In this document: piece after piece, positions 63,454-64,000 of the stretch
Position numbering within the stretch: the stretch's first letter is position 1
Layout of the letters: every line of letters starts with the position of its first letter
DNA from: Dehalococcoidia bacterium
GTDB taxonomy: Bacteria > Chloroflexota > Dehalococcoidia > UBA2979
Reading direction: 5' to 3'
Assembly (NCBI GenBank): GCA_965219085.1
Contig: OZ244720.1
Span: forward strand, 1,952,001-2,016,000
Length of the DNA stretch: 64,000 nucleotides
Position numbers and translations under genes: made by a program
Notes under the pieces: generated by a model
The model's input: the letters and a program-made list of their open reading frames with translations, nothing else
The model's database searches: none
Told to the model about the DNA's origin: nothing

Positions 63454-63514
63454 GGCTTGCCCGTCGCCGCTGCCGCGGGTTTCGGCGCCGGGGTGCGCGG
63501 CTATACTCGACGGG

Positions 63515-64000
63515 ATGGCCAGCTCGTACCGACCCCAGCGCGGCTTTGCCGACGCATCGGAACGCGATCGCGCCGCCGGGGTCCCCCCGGCGGCCCGACG
63601 CCTCGTTCCGCCCATCTACGACCTCTCCCATGTCGGGCTCGAGGACGTCGACCCCTGGATCCCGCGCCCCGAAGACCGCGCGGCCGGCCGCCCATCGGTC
63701 GCTGCCGCGATCTGGCCGTGGGGACTGCGCGGGCTCGCCGACACCCTCGAGGTGGTCGCGCTCGCGCTGCTCATGTTCATCCTCGTGCGCGGAGTCGCGC
63801 AGAACTTCGTTGTCGACGGCGGCTCGATGGAGCCCACGTTCAGCAGCGGCCAGATGCTGATCGTCAACAAGCTGGCCTACTCCGAGTTCGACCTTGCCTG
63901 GCTGCCGGCCGTCGGCTCCGACGATTGGCGTCCCTTCGGCGCGCTCGAGATCGGTGACGTGATCGTCTTCGAGTTCCCCGCACGGCCAGGACCGCGACTT
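63515..64000 (+). CDS. lepB: Signal peptidase I, runs off the window end
   Basis: Manual translation: TM then QNFVVDGGSMEPT..LIVNKLAY..GDVIVF. Confidence 0.88.
   Translation, partial: MASSYRPQRGFADASERDRAAGVPPAARRLVPPIYDLSHVGLEDVDPWIPRPEDRAAGRPSVAAAIWPWGLRGLADTLEVVALALLMFILVRGVAQNFVVDGGSMEPTFSSGQMLIVNKLAYSEFDLAWLPAVGSDDWRPFGALEIGDVIVFEFPARPGPRL

Overview
High-GC (visually ~70%) bacterial window. The gene mix (double-domain CoA-transferase, Tat-exported peptide SBP, BVMO, many IS) suggests a Chloroflexota/Dehalococcoidia-like genome; this is inference only. The first ~32 kb is an IS-riddled accessory/defence region with two IS256, an IS21, an MNT-HEPN pair, a broken KAP NTPase and a LysR-TPR fusion next to an ABC exporter. 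It also holds a four-level nest of mobile elements (IS3 relic > IS5 > IS110/IS1111 with a readable bridge RNA > RT-deleted group II intron inserted in the IS1111 inverted repeat). Next to that is a bacterial ubiquitination-like operon (Ubl, E2-like, JAB-E1 fusion), divergent from an XRE-ImmA/IrrE regulator with an antitoxin-like tail plus a MazF/PemK toxin, beside a decapitated serine recombinase. The right half is metabolic: two-component system, crotonase, CoA-transferase, peptide and Fe ABC components, esterase + BVMO, a decaying guanidine-hydrolase (GdmH-like) + urease operon with IS3 and IS1380 insertions, class II aldolase and signal peptidase I. Many frameshifts could be sequencing indels rather than real decay.
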